This document shows positions 9,373 through 18,766 of a stretch of DNA of 64,000 bases, piece by piece (positions within the stretch are counted from its first letter, which is position 1; the number at the start of each line of letters is the position of its first letter). The DNA comes from Candidatus Fimenecus sp. (GTDB taxonomy: Bacteria > Bacillota > Clostridia > Oscillospirales > Acutalibacteraceae). A model generated the notes under the pieces. It was given only the letters and a program-made list of their open reading frames with translations. It ran no database searches and had not been told where the DNA came from. Location of the stretch: NCBI GenBank assembly GCA_045543095.1, contig JAZQMC010000001.1, positions 623-64,622 of the forward strand, in the 5' to 3' direction. The position numbers and the translations under genes are program-made.

Positions 9373-10550
9373 GCCACTCCTTCCATAATTTTAACTGCTT
9401 CAATCGCTTTACCAACACCGGTCTTATAACCATTTGTTGTGATTGTAGCACCGCTGATTGCGTCGATGTCTTTATAGTTTGTTTCGTCCTTACCGTTGAA
9501 CTGTGAATAGAAGTCTTTATTTGCACAAGCAGAACCGATGTTGTCAGTTTCGCTCTGTGCTGTTGTTACACAGTTGATTATTTTTGCATCTGCAGTAAGA
9601 GCAATCTTAATGTAGATATATTCGCCTGATGGATTATAGTAATGGTCACCGTTGATACCGAAACCTGCTGCGTGGATTTCAAGAACATAATTGCCACTCT
9701 TGGTCTTATATGCTTTATCAACGTGAGATGGCATATCAGCATATTTTGTAAGGTCGATTTCTTCCATTGAAGACTCCGCCATAATCTTTGCTGCAGACTC
9801 AACATTAGCCTTAACCTCGTCTGCAACCTCTGAAACTACTGTACCGTTAGCATCAACACCAACAAACACAGCTTCTTCACCGGAACCAACTACATAAACT
9901 GAACCTGCACCGTTATCTGCAGTATAAACTGCTGAAACTCCCTCAAGAACTTCACAGATAAATACTTCTGTGAACTTGTCGCCTGCAGGAAGTGCAGTTG
10001 CAAGATTGTCTGCAAGAATTTCTTCTTCTGTACGAATATCAACACTTGCACCACCGAGAATTGCAGCAGAATTGATAGCATCCTTAACTGCATCTCTGTA
10101 TGCACCTGTTGTCATTGTTGCACCTGAAACAGTTGCAAGTGCTTCAATAGTTTCGGCTGTTGCACCCTTTGTTGTTTCACCAAAGGTTTTTTCTACGCCG
10201 AGAGTTTCGTTACTTGAAAGGCAAACTGCACCTGTTACCGTACCGCTTGCGTCAACACCGCACATGATAATCATATCGGGGCCGTAACCTGTTGCGGTAA
10301 CCTTGAACACGCCACCGCCGTTTGAAGCTGAATATGCTTCAAGAACTGATGCGGGGAAAGTGTATTGGGTCATATCAACTGCAGTGAAGTCGCCACCCTC
10401 AGGCATTACTACGAGTAATGCTTCGTTAGCGGCTGCACCTGCATTTTTTTCAATAATGGGAGCTGTGACTGAGTTTGTTACCGCAAGAAGTGCCGCAACA
10501 ACCGCACAGATAACTGTAAGGGAAATGATGCTCTTTAAATGTTTTTTCAT
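9369..10550 (-). CDS. rnfG: Rnf complex subunit G, double-length form with two FMN_bind domains
   Basis: 393 aa with an N-terminal TM segment. Two flavinylation motifs: VSGATMTT (aa 141-148) and ISGATITT (aa 365-372). Confidence 0.85.
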   Translation of the reverse strand: MKKHLKSIISLTVICAVVAALLAVTNSVTAPIIEKNAGAAANEALLVVMPEGGDFTAVDMTQYTFPASVLEAYSASNGGGVFKVTATGYGPDMIIMCGVDASGTVTGAVCLSSNETLGVEKTFGETTKGATAETIEALATVSGATMTTGAYRDAVKDAINSAAILGGASVDIRTEEEILADNLATALPAGDKFTEVFICEVLEGVSAVYTADNGAGSVYVVGSGEEAVFVGVDANGTVVSEVADEVKANVESAAKIMAESSMEEIDLTKYADMPSHVDKAYKTKSGNYVLEIHAAGFGINGDHYYNPSGEYIYIKIALTADAKIINCVTTAQSETDNIGSACANKDFYSQFNGKDETNYKDIDAISGATITTNGYKTGVGKAIEAVKIMEGVA

Positions 10551-11473
10551 TTCTTTGCACCTCCGAACAGTTTACGGGTGCATTTGGCATCAATGAAGGG
10601 ATTTACAATATTCATAAGAAGAATTGCAAATGAAACGCCTTCAGGATATGCACCGAAGAAGCGGATAAGCACGGTAATAACACCTGCACCGATACCGAAG
10701 ATAATTTTACCCTTGGCATTTGAAGGTGATGTAACATAATCAGTTGCCATAAAGAATGCACCGATTAAAAGACCACCTGAAAGTGTCCAAGCAAGAGCCA
10801 TTTCAAAATTACCGCCCTCAAGCAAAAGAGTAAAGAGAAAGGCTGTACCGATGAATGCCACAGGAATATGCCAGCTGATTACTCTGCGAACAAGCAAGTA
10901 AATTCCGCCGATGATGAGTGCCAATGCACAAGTTTCACCGATAGCACCGCCGTTTTTACCGAGTAAAAGGTCAACAAGGTTTGGTAATACATCATTATCA
11001 AGGTCTGTAAGAGGTGTAGCACCCGAAACAGAATCCATACCTGCGGGGAAAACTGCCGATGTCATTGAACCGAAAGCCAGAAGCATAAACACACGTGCTG
11101 TGATTGCGGGGTTCACAATGTTTTTACCAAGTCCGCCAAATACACATTTTACAATAATAATAGCAAACGCAGAGCCGACTGCTGCCTGCCAAAGCGGAAT
11201 ATTTGCAGGAAGATTGAGAGCTAAAAGAAGACCTGTTACAACAGAGCTCAAATCACTTACTGTCTGTTCCTTTTTAACGATAATGTTGAAAAGGAGTTCA
11301 CACGCAACTGCTGAAATAACACAAGTTGCAACTACGAACAATGCGTTAATTCCAAAAAGCACAATACCTGCTATTGTTGCGGGAAGAAGAGCAATAATAA
11401 CATCAAGCATTATTCCCTGAGTGGTTTTCTTACCGTGAATATGAGGAGATACTGAAACATGAAGTTTTTCCAT
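10547..11473 (-). CDS. rnfD: Rnf complex subunit D
   Basis: 308 aa polytopic protein, NqrB/RnfD-like, with the SGATPL flavinylation motif. Confidence 0.93.
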   Translation of the reverse strand: MEKLHVSVSPHIHGKKTTQGIMLDVIIALLPATIAGIVLFGINALFVVATCVISAVACELLFNIIVKKEQTVSDLSSVVTGLLLALNLPANIPLWQAAVGSAFAIIIVKCVFGGLGKNIVNPAITARVFMLLAFGSMTSAVFPAGMDSVSGATPLTDLDNDVLPNLVDLLLGKNGGAIGETCALALIIGGIYLLVRRVISWHIPVAFIGTAFLFTLLLEGGNFEMALAWTLSGGLLIGAFFMATDYVTSPSNAKGKIIFGIGAGVITVLIRFFGAYPEGVSFAILLMNIVNPFIDAKCTRKLFGGAKK

Positions 11474-12780
11474 TATTTATTGCCCTCCTTTGCCTTATAT
11501 TCTTTAAGTGCACGCTTTGCAAGTTTATTTGTCTGAACAAGAGGACGATTTGCAGGACAACCGAATGAACAACATCCGCATTCCATACAAAAACCAAGGC
11601 CTGCTTTTTCAACCATTTCCATATCGCCTGTTTTATATCCCTTTACAACCGCAGGAACATTGATGCCGAACGGACAATTGTTGATACAAGCACCGCAACG
11701 GATACAAGCAGTGGTTTTAGGCATTTTTACTTCCTTTTTGTTGAAAGCGATAATCGCATTTGTCTGTTTAAGTACGGGAACCTGAAGATTAGGAACCGTA
11801 ACTCCCATCATAGGACCGCCATAAACAACTTTTTCAGGGTCACAATTAAAACCGCCGCAGAAGTCAAACACATCACTCAAAGCAGTTCCCACGGGAACAA
11901 TTACGTTCTTCGGTTCCTTTACTGCACCACCGTCAACAGTAATAATTCTCTCAACAAGTGGCATACCTGTTTTAAGATATGAACCGATAAACGCCATCGT
12001 TGATGAGTTGCACACAATACAACCTATGTCCACAGGGAGTTTGCCGGCTTCAATCTTTTTACCTGTTGTATGGTAAACAAGCACCTCTTCGCTGCCCTGA
12101 GGATATTTTGACGGAAGAATTGCAACCTTGACCTTACTGTTTTTTGACGCAATTTCGTTCATTTTTGCAATTGCCTCGGGTTTATTTTTTTCTATACCGA
12201 TGACAATTTTTGAAAAATTGAAATACTTATCAAGAGTTTCAACAGCAAGAGCAATATATTCTGCTTTTTCAATCATTGTAAGAGAGTCACTGGTTATGTA
12301 GGGTTCACATTCGGCACCGTTAATAACGAAAGTATCAACTTCCTTTTCAGTTGCAAGTTTTACATAGGTTGGAAAACCTGCACCGCCAAGACCCACTGCA
12401 CCACTTTTCTTAACTGCCTCAATTAAATCTTCCTTACTGTTGATTTCGGGAGGAGCGATAGATGAATCAGGAGTCATTGCACCGTCAGATTCAATTATAA
12501 TTGCAGGAACCTTGTTACCGTTTGATATAACAACATCCTCAATCTTTTTAATAGTTCCCGAAACACTTGAATGTACGGGAGAAGATATAAATCCATTTTG
12601 TTCAGCTATTAAAGTTCCCACATCTACATGGTCGCCAACTTTAACAACGGGAATGGCGGGCTTACCGATATGCATAACTGTGGGCAGAGTAACTGTTTTA
12701 ACATCAGTCATTCTGACAGCCGACATATTAGCCGTATTTTTTCTGTGTGGTACGTTAATACCGCGAATAGAAAAAGCCAT
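11473..12780 (-). CDS. rnfC: Rnf complex subunit C
   Basis: 435 aa with GLGGAGFPT (NADH/FMN site) and two C-terminal CxxCxxCxxxCP clusters. Confidence 0.94.
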   Translation of the reverse strand: MAFSIRGINVPHRKNTANMSAVRMTDVKTVTLPTVMHIGKPAIPVVKVGDHVDVGTLIAEQNGFISSPVHSSVSGTIKKIEDVVISNGNKVPAIIIESDGAMTPDSSIAPPEINSKEDLIEAVKKSGAVGLGGAGFPTYVKLATEKEVDTFVINGAECEPYITSDSLTMIEKAEYIALAVETLDKYFNFSKIVIGIEKNKPEAIAKMNEIASKNSKVKVAILPSKYPQGSEEVLVYHTTGKKIEAGKLPVDIGCIVCNSSTMAFIGSYLKTGMPLVERIITVDGGAVKEPKNVIVPVGTALSDVFDFCGGFNCDPEKVVYGGPMMGVTVPNLQVPVLKQTNAIIAFNKKEVKMPKTTACIRCGACINNCPFGINVPAVVKGYKTGDMEMVEKAGLGFCMECGCCSFGCPANRPLVQTNKLAKRALKEYKAKEGNK

Positions 12781-12859
12781 TGACTATTGACCTACCTTTC
12801 TAAAATCCGTATCATAAACGGAAACACACTTCCGCATAATACATAAAATATCAATTTAT

Positions 12860-12888
12860 ATTATATATCCAAGGCCGTAATATGTCAA
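12860..12888 (-). promoter_or_regulatory. consensus sigmaA promoter for the rnf operon (TTGACA-17-TATAAT)
   Basis: On the minus strand, TTGACA (12883-12888), a 17-nt spacer and TATAAT (12860-12865). Sits about 75 nt upstream of the rnfC ATG. Confidence 0.65.
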
Positions 12889-12965
12889 CGAAATAGGTGA
12901 ATTCTTTTATTGGGAAAACTGTCAAAATTTAGTCTTTCTTTTTGTTAAAATCGTTCTTTTCATTG

Positions 12966-12994
12966 TTGACTTTATAATATCAAAGGAGTATCAT
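12966..12994 (+). promoter_or_regulatory. sigmaA-type promoter for the mrp-like operon (TTGACT-17-TATCAT)
   Basis: TTGACT at 12966-12971, a 17-nt spacer, TATCAT at 12989-12994. SD GAGGTGG precedes the ATG at 13048. Confidence 0.5.
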
Positions 12995-13047
12995 AAACTC
13001 ACTAGTGTATATACAAATTATAAGAGAGTCCGAGGTGGTTCTTTTTT

Positions 13048-13521
13048 ATGATAATTTTACTTTTTCTTTTATGGATTTTGCTTAACGGCAGGTTTACCGC
13101 TGACGCAGGTATGCTTCAGATAGTAATTGTAGGAGTTATAGTGGCAGGTTTTGCCTATTGGTTTGCTCACAAGGCGTTAGGATATACTCTCAAAGCAGAA
13201 GTTCGCATGCTCAAAAAAACACCTATTCTTGCAGCTTATCTTGGTTTGCTTATTAAAGAAATCATTGTGGCAAATTTTCAAATGATTAAAATCGTAACCA
13301 GCAAAAAAGCAGAAATTCATCCGGTAATGATAAAAATAAGAATTCCTTTAAAAACACGCTTTGCAAGGGTGTTGCTCGCAAACTCAATCACCCTCACCCC
13401 CGGTACAATCACAGCAGAACTTGAAGGTGACCAGTTTACAATTCACTGTGTTGACACAGCCTTTGCAGAGGGTATGGAAAACAGTTCATTTGTAAAATTG
13501 CTTGAAAGGTTGGAAAAATAA
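13048..13521 (+). CDS. mrpE: Na+/H+ antiporter (Mrp/Mnh) subunit E
   Basis: 157 aa with the MnhE signature LANSITLTPGT. Confidence 0.85.
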   Translation: MIILLFLLWILLNGRFTADAGMLQIVIVGVIVAGFAYWFAHKALGYTLKAEVRMLKKTPILAAYLGLLIKEIIVANFQMIKIVTSKKAEIHPVMIKIRIPLKTRFARVLLANSITLTPGTITAELEGDQFTIHCVDTAFAEGMENSSFVKLLERLEK

Positions 13522-13522
13522 T

Positions 13523-13819
13523 ATGATTGAACAGGCTTATTCATATTTATATATTGCGGTTTGCATTTGTCTTGGAATTGCGATTATTATTACTCTTATC
13601 CGTTCAATTACCGCAAAAACCATTATCGGCAGATTTATTGGTATAAATATGCTCACAACAATTGTACTTATTGTAATCTGCGTTCTTACTCTTTTATTTA
13701 AAGAGGCCTATTTACCAGATATTGCACTTATCTATACACTTTTAAGCTGTATTGCAGTAATTCTTTTAAGTAAAATTTATGTTAACCTCTTCAAAAAGAA
13801 CAAAGGGGGTAAAAAGTAA
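13523..13819 (+). CDS. mrpF: Mrp/Mnh subunit F
   Basis: About 98 aa with 3 TM segments. I prefer the ATG at 13523, just after the mrpE stop. The track ORF starts at 13502. Confidence 0.75.
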   Translation: MIEQAYSYLYIAVCICLGIAIIITLIRSITAKTIIGRFIGINMLTTIVLIVICVLTLLFKEAYLPDIALIYTLLSCIAVILLSKIYVNLFKKNKGGKK

Positions 13820-14187
13820 TGCTTGAATGGATTCGTTTTGGCATTGTAGCCACACTTTTTGCTGCAGGTCTTATCGTTCTTTTTATCTCAATTTTCGGCA
13901 CATTCCGTTTTGACTATTCGCTTAATCGTATGCACTCATCAGCTATGTGCGATACACTTGTACTTATGCTTTTTATTGCGGCTTGCGTAATTGCTTCGGG
14001 TGTAAATGTAGTGTCCGGCAAATTCCTTTTGCTTTTACTTATTATGTGGTGCACTAGTCCGGTAGTGTCACATATATTTGTAAAAACCAAATATCTTACC
14101 GACGAAGCACTTTGTGAACACTGTGAAGTCCGTATTGATGACGCAGAACTTCACGAAAACGAGATTAAAAGGGAGGAAGAAAAATAA
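13819..14187 (+). CDS. mrpG: Mrp/Mnh subunit G
   Basis: 122 aa with 3 TM segments plus an acidic tail. The start overlaps the upstream stop. Confidence 0.75.
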   Translation: MLEWIRFGIVATLFAAGLIVLFISIFGTFRFDYSLNRMHSSAMCDTLVLMLFIAACVIASGVNVVSGKFLLLLLIMWCTSPVVSHIFVKTKYLTDEALCEHCEVRIDDAELHENEIKREEEK

Positions 14188-14498
14188 TGGAAGACATTAT
14201 CACCATATTTCGCGTTCTTCTTCTTATTTCGCTTATAATTTGTGCAATTGCCACTGCTCTTTCAAAAAGAGTTATGACCGCTGTTATCGTTTTTACATCT
14301 TACAGTATTGTTATGGCAGTTGTTTGGCTTTTGCTTCGCTCGCCCGACCTTGCTATTACCGAAGCAGCCGTCGGTGCAGGCGTTAACGGTGTGCTTTTCT
14401 TTTTAACACTTCGGAAACTTCATCTTATTGATAAAGATTTTAAAGATGACGAAACCGCAAAAAATACTGCGGAGGTGAATGAAAATGAAGAAATCTGA
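14187..14498 (+). CDS. DUF4040 / MbhD-like (MrpA C-terminal-domain-like) subunit
   Basis: 103 aa with the motif SPDLAITEAAVGAGV, typical of DUF4040/MnhB N-terminal modules. Confidence 0.7.
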   Translation: MEDIITIFRVLLLISLIICAIATALSKRVMTAVIVFTSYSIVMAVVWLLLRSPDLAITEAAVGAGVNGVLFFLTLRKLHLIDKDFKDDETAKNTAEVNENEEI

Positions 14499-15405
14499 TT
14501 TCACCAAAAACTTTAAGCAATGGTATAACGGGGAAATTAGTCTTGATGAAAAAATTTCGGAGCCAATCGAAAAAATTCCCGTTAAGCATATACCTGATGA
14601 ACCGCATCATATAAGAAAAACAATAAGAATATCCCCTAAACTTCAGAATGAAGAAATTAAAATCACAAAAACAGGATACCGTTTTTTCTCGATTATATTC
14701 TGTATTGTAATATGTGCGGTGCTTATAGGTACTGTTAACTTTTTACCCGGATTTGCCGACGAAAACGCTCCTACCGCCAACGAGGTTTATGAGCATTATG
14801 TGGGTGAAGGCAGGGACGAAACCGGTGCAGTAAACACCGTTGCGGGTATGATACTTGATTATCGTGCATTTGATACTCTTGGTGAATCATTTGTTCTTTT
14901 TACCGCTACCTGTGCGGTGCTTCTGCTTCTTGAAAAGGCAAAAAATGCCCCCATAAAGAAAAGAGAAACATTTACATTTTCAAACGACCCGATTGTATGC
15001 CTTGTTGTGAAAATCCTTGTACCTATTATCATCGTTTTTGGTATTTACGTACTCTTTAACGGTCATCTTTCCCCAGGTGGTGGATTCTCTGGAGGTGCAA
15101 TTCTCGGTACGGGCTTCATTCTTTTCGCAATGGCCTTTGGTGAAGATGTTGCCACAAGAATTATCTCTGCCAAAGCAGTTAAAGTGATAACAATCTGTTC
15201 ACTTTCTTTCTATTGTCTTTCAAAAAGTTATTCTTTCTTTACAGGTAACGAATTCAATGGAGTTCACTCAATTATAGGTCCCGGTACACCCGGCGATTTC
15301 CTCTCGGGCGGGCTTATTCTGCCTTTAAACCTTGCCGTTGGATTTGTTGTTTGTTGTACAATGTACAGCTTTTATATGATTTTCAAAAGGGGGCGTCTTG
15401 ATTGA
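14479..15405 (+). CDS. mrpB: Mrp/Mnh subunit B with an N-terminal extension of about 90 aa
   Basis: MnhB motif GAVNTVAGMILDYRAFDTLGESFVLFTA. Overlaps the previous gene by 20 nt. Confidence 0.8.
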   Translation: MKMKKSDFTKNFKQWYNGEISLDEKISEPIEKIPVKHIPDEPHHIRKTIRISPKLQNEEIKITKTGYRFFSIIFCIVICAVLIGTVNFLPGFADENAPTANEVYEHYVGEGRDETGAVNTVAGMILDYRAFDTLGESFVLFTATCAVLLLLEKAKNAPIKKRETFTFSNDPIVCLVVKILVPIIIVFGIYVLFNGHLSPGGGFSGGAILGTGFILFAMAFGEDVATRIISAKAVKVITICSLSFYCLSKSYSFFTGNEFNGVHSIIGPGTPGDFLSGGLILPLNLAVGFVVCCTMYSFYMIFKRGRLD

Positions 15406-15779
15406 ACTTTCTGATTAACTATGAAGAAGTTACCTCGATGATTCTCTTTGCAATCGGTTTTACAATGCTTGTTTTTTCAAAGAACATAATGAAGAAAATT
15501 CTCGGTCTTAACATTATGGACACGGGCGTATATCTTTTCCTTGCCTCAATGGGTTATATTGAAAACAAACTCACCCCCATTGTTCCCTCTACGGGCGATG
15601 TAAATGCACTTGACTATATTAACCCTATACCTGCAGGTCTTGTTCTTACAGGTATTGTTGTATCGGTAAGTTTTTCAGCCCTTATGCTTGCTTTAACCGT
15701 GCGTCTTTACAAAAAATACCGCACCTTAAATCTTGACGAGATTTATGAAAAATGCAGTAAGGAGGATGAAGACGAATAA
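15402..15779 (+). CDS. mrpC: Mrp/Mnh subunit C (NuoK-like)
   Basis: 125 aa with 3 TM segments. 4-nt overlap with mrpB. Confidence 0.8.
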   Translation: MNFLINYEEVTSMILFAIGFTMLVFSKNIMKKILGLNIMDTGVYLFLASMGYIENKLTPIVPSTGDVNALDYINPIPAGLVLTGIVVSVSFSALMLALTVRLYKKYRTLNLDEIYEKCSKEDEDE

Positions 15780-17287
15780 TGGATTTTATTAAGAATTTTC
15801 CTTTTATAACTATCGTTTTATCCTTGTTCTGCTCAGTTATCTGTTATGCTTTCAAAGATAAAAAAGCACGTTTTGTTTCATATTTTTTGTTAAGCTTATC
15901 AGGAGTCTTATCATTTAGCGTGCTTCTGTACAACCTTTTCTCTGAAACGGGTTATTTTGCTTACAGAATGGGCCATTATGATGCTCCCATCGGTAACGAA
16001 ATTTCAGCAGGACTTTTAGAGCCTTTCTTCGCCCTTCTTTTTGAAATTGTTATGCTTCTTGCAATCACAGGAGGTTACAACAGAATACAAAAAGACGTTG
16101 CAGAAGATAAGCAGAGATTTTTCTATATTATGGTTAATCTCACCCACGCGGCTCTTATGTCACTTTGCTATACAAATGATATTTACACTGCCTATGTATT
16201 CATTGAGATTTGTACAATCGCTTCATGTGCACTTCTTATGTCAAGCAAAAAAGACCGTTCACTTGTTGCGGCAACCCGCTATACAATTTTCAGTTTAATC
16301 GGTTCAAGTTTTGTCCTTATAGGTATAGTGCTTGTTTATTCTGTAACAGGACATCTTTTGTTCCCACAAATTTTTGAAGCAATTCAAACTCTTTGGGCAA
16401 CCGGACAATACACTAATCCGCTTACAATCGCTTTAGGGCTTGTGATTTCAGGTCTTGCAATTAAAAGCGGTATGTTCCCGTTCCATTGGTGGATGCCCGA
16501 CACCTACGGCACCGCAACCCCCTCAGCATCCGGTATTCTTTCAGGTGTCGTTTCAAAGGGATACATTTTCTTGCTACTTAAAATGATTTACCGTGTTATC
16601 GGTACAGAAGTATATATGGAATCAGGAATTCACAACATCCTTCTTGTGTTCGGCGTATGCGGTATGATTGTAGGTTCAGTTTCTGCAATTAGGACTTCAA
16701 ATATAAACTTTATGATTGCCTATTCTTCTGCTGCCCAAATTGGTTACATCTATATGGGACTTGGTCTTGGCACAAAAGAAGCATTGTTGGCGTCTTTATT
16801 CCAGATTGTTGCCCACGCTCTTACAAAGCCAATGCTTTTCCTTGCGGCAGGCGGACTTTCAGACACTGTGGGTGGAAAAAAAGATTTCGACTCGCTTCGT
16901 TCTTCTGCCCACTATAACAAGTCTGCGGGTATTGCTTTTGCGGCGGGTGCACTTTCAATGGTAGGTATTCCGATATTTGCGGGCTTTGTTCCTAAAATGC
17001 TTTTCTCTATTTCCGCTTTCGGTCACGGAACAAAAACTTATATTGTACTTATCGCTCTTGCACTCAGTACAATTTTGAATGTTGTTTATTTCTTACGAAC
17101 ACTTGTAAACATTTATAGCCCTGCAATAGTAACACTTGAACGCAAAAAAATCACTTTCGGTGCAGTTAAGGGATTTTCAATCGTTGTGCTTATTATGGCA
17201 ACTATCAATTTGCTTGTAGGTCTTGACTCACAACCGATTATCTCGCTCTTTGAAAAGGGTATCGAGATATTTATGAATATTCGTTAA
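15779..17287 (+). CDS. mrpD: antiporter-like subunit (MrpD/NuoN family), paralogue 1
   Basis: 502 aa proton-conducting membrane transporter fold (FPFHWWMPDTY...P). Confidence 0.85.
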   Translation: MDFIKNFPFITIVLSLFCSVICYAFKDKKARFVSYFLLSLSGVLSFSVLLYNLFSETGYFAYRMGHYDAPIGNEISAGLLEPFFALLFEIVMLLAITGGYNRIQKDVAEDKQRFFYIMVNLTHAALMSLCYTNDIYTAYVFIEICTIASCALLMSSKKDRSLVAATRYTIFSLIGSSFVLIGIVLVYSVTGHLLFPQIFEAIQTLWATGQYTNPLTIALGLVISGLAIKSGMFPFHWWMPDTYGTATPSASGILSGVVSKGYIFLLLKMIYRVIGTEVYMESGIHNILLVFGVCGMIVGSVSAIRTSNINFMIAYSSAAQIGYIYMGLGLGTKEALLASLFQIVAHALTKPMLFLAAGGLSDTVGGKKDFDSLRSSAHYNKSAGIAFAAGALSMVGIPIFAGFVPKMLFSISAFGHGTKTYIVLIALALSTILNVVYFLRTLVNIYSPAIVTLERKKITFGAVKGFSIVVLIMATINLLVGLDSQPIISLFEKGIEIFMNIR

Positions 17288-17303
17288 GGGAGGGAGTTTA
17301 ATT

Positions 17304-18752
17304 ATGTTTAATATGCTTTTCACAATTATTTTCCCTGTCCTTTGCGGACTTTCAATGCCCTTACTTAAAAAAATAAGCAATCGCAAAATCAAAATGGCTC
17401 TTGTGGTGAGTCTTCAGGCAATCACAACTGTTTTTGGTATTTTAACTGTCACAAAAGAAAATGTGACAACAAAGCCTTTTGTTTTCGCCGACAATCTTAC
17501 CCTCGGATTCACAGCCGATTTGTTTGCAAAATATTTTTGTGTAATCATTACAGTTGCATGGTTGCTTGTAACAATTTACGGCACAATTTATATGAAACAC
17601 GAAAAAAGCGAAGAGAGATTTTTCCTTTTCTCGTTTTTAACTGAAGGTGCTATGCTCGGTGCGGCATTCTCAAACAGTCTTGTTTCAATGTATGTATTCT
17701 ATGAGCTTGTTACTATCTGTTCAATGCCTTTAGTTCTTCATTCGCTTTCAAAAGAATCTGTTTCAGCGGCTAAAAAATATCTTTATTATTCAGTTGCAGG
17801 TGCATTCTTAGCACTTTTTGGAATTTTTATAATCGGTGCAAATTCCGACTCACTCAATTTTATTGCAGGAGGATTTATTGCTGAGGCTTCTCCTCTTATG
17901 CTCACTGCAGTATTTGTAATGTGTCTTGGCTTTGGTGCAAAAGCAGGTCTTTTCCCGCTTCACGGTTGGTTGCCCACAGCACACCCCGTTGCCCCCGCCC
18001 CCGCAAGTGCATTACTTTCTGCAATAATAGCAAAAGCGGGCGTTATTGCAATTATTCGTACATTATTCTTTGCGGTAGGTGCTGATAAACTTGCGGGAAC
18101 ATGGGTACAGACCGCACTTTTAAGCCTTGCATTACTCACAGTTCTTATGGGGTCAATGATGGCTTTTCGCGAAAAAATACTTAAAAAGCGTTTGGCATTT
18201 TCTACTGTCAGTCAGATTTCTTATGTATTCTGTGGCCTTTTTCTCTTCACTGAAGAAGCTGTTGACGGTGCATTATGGCAGATTATTGCCCACGCGGTTG
18301 TAAAAGTAGGATTATTCCTTTGTGCAGGTGCAGTAATCTTCCTTTACGGAAAAACAAAGGTAGATGAGCTTAACGGCATTGGTAAAAAAATGCCTGTAAC
18401 CTTTGTGTGCTTCACAATTCTTTCACTTTCTTTAATTGGTATTCCCCCGACAGCAGGATTTTACAGTAAATGGGAACTTGCAATTGCATCACTTGATAAC
18501 AGTGTAATCGGTGCTTTCTCATATATTATCCCCATAGTGCTTCTCGCTTCTGCACTTTTAACTGCGGGATACCTTCTTGAAATAACAATCAAGGCATTCT
18601 TCAAAACCGAAGACGGTGATACAAAAACCGTTGCTGAGTCGAAAATTATGTCTTCAGTTCTTATTGTGCTTTCTGCAATCGCTTTGCTTGGCGGTGTTTT
18701 CTCTACACAATCAGGTGAAATCATTTCAGAAATTGCAAAGTCCATTTTTTAA
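17304..18752 (+). CDS. mrpD: antiporter-like subunit (MrpD/NuoM family), paralogue 2
   Basis: 482 aa with the motif GLFPLHGWLPTAHPVAPAPASALLS. Confidence 0.85.
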   Translation: MFNMLFTIIFPVLCGLSMPLLKKISNRKIKMALVVSLQAITTVFGILTVTKENVTTKPFVFADNLTLGFTADLFAKYFCVIITVAWLLVTIYGTIYMKHEKSEERFFLFSFLTEGAMLGAAFSNSLVSMYVFYELVTICSMPLVLHSLSKESVSAAKKYLYYSVAGAFLALFGIFIIGANSDSLNFIAGGFIAEASPLMLTAVFVMCLGFGAKAGLFPLHGWLPTAHPVAPAPASALLSAIIAKAGVIAIIRTLFFAVGADKLAGTWVQTALLSLALLTVLMGSMMAFREKILKKRLAFSTVSQISYVFCGLFLFTEEAVDGALWQIIAHAVVKVGLFLCAGAVIFLYGKTKVDELNGIGKKMPVTFVCFTILSLSLIGIPPTAGFYSKWELAIASLDNSVIGAFSYIIPIVLLASALLTAGYLLEITIKAFFKTEDGDTKTVAESKIMSSVLIVLSAIALLGGVFSTQSGEIISEIAKSIF

Positions 18753-18766
18753 CGAGGTAGTCAGAT

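Noticed and set aside
9970-11420. Several 100-170-aa ORFs on the plus strand across rnfG and rnfD (9970-10287, 10303-10596, 10911-11420)
   Set aside because: They are antisense to conserved Rnf subunits. Their Ala/Ser/Pro-rich translations mirror the GC-skewed codon third positions of the real genes.
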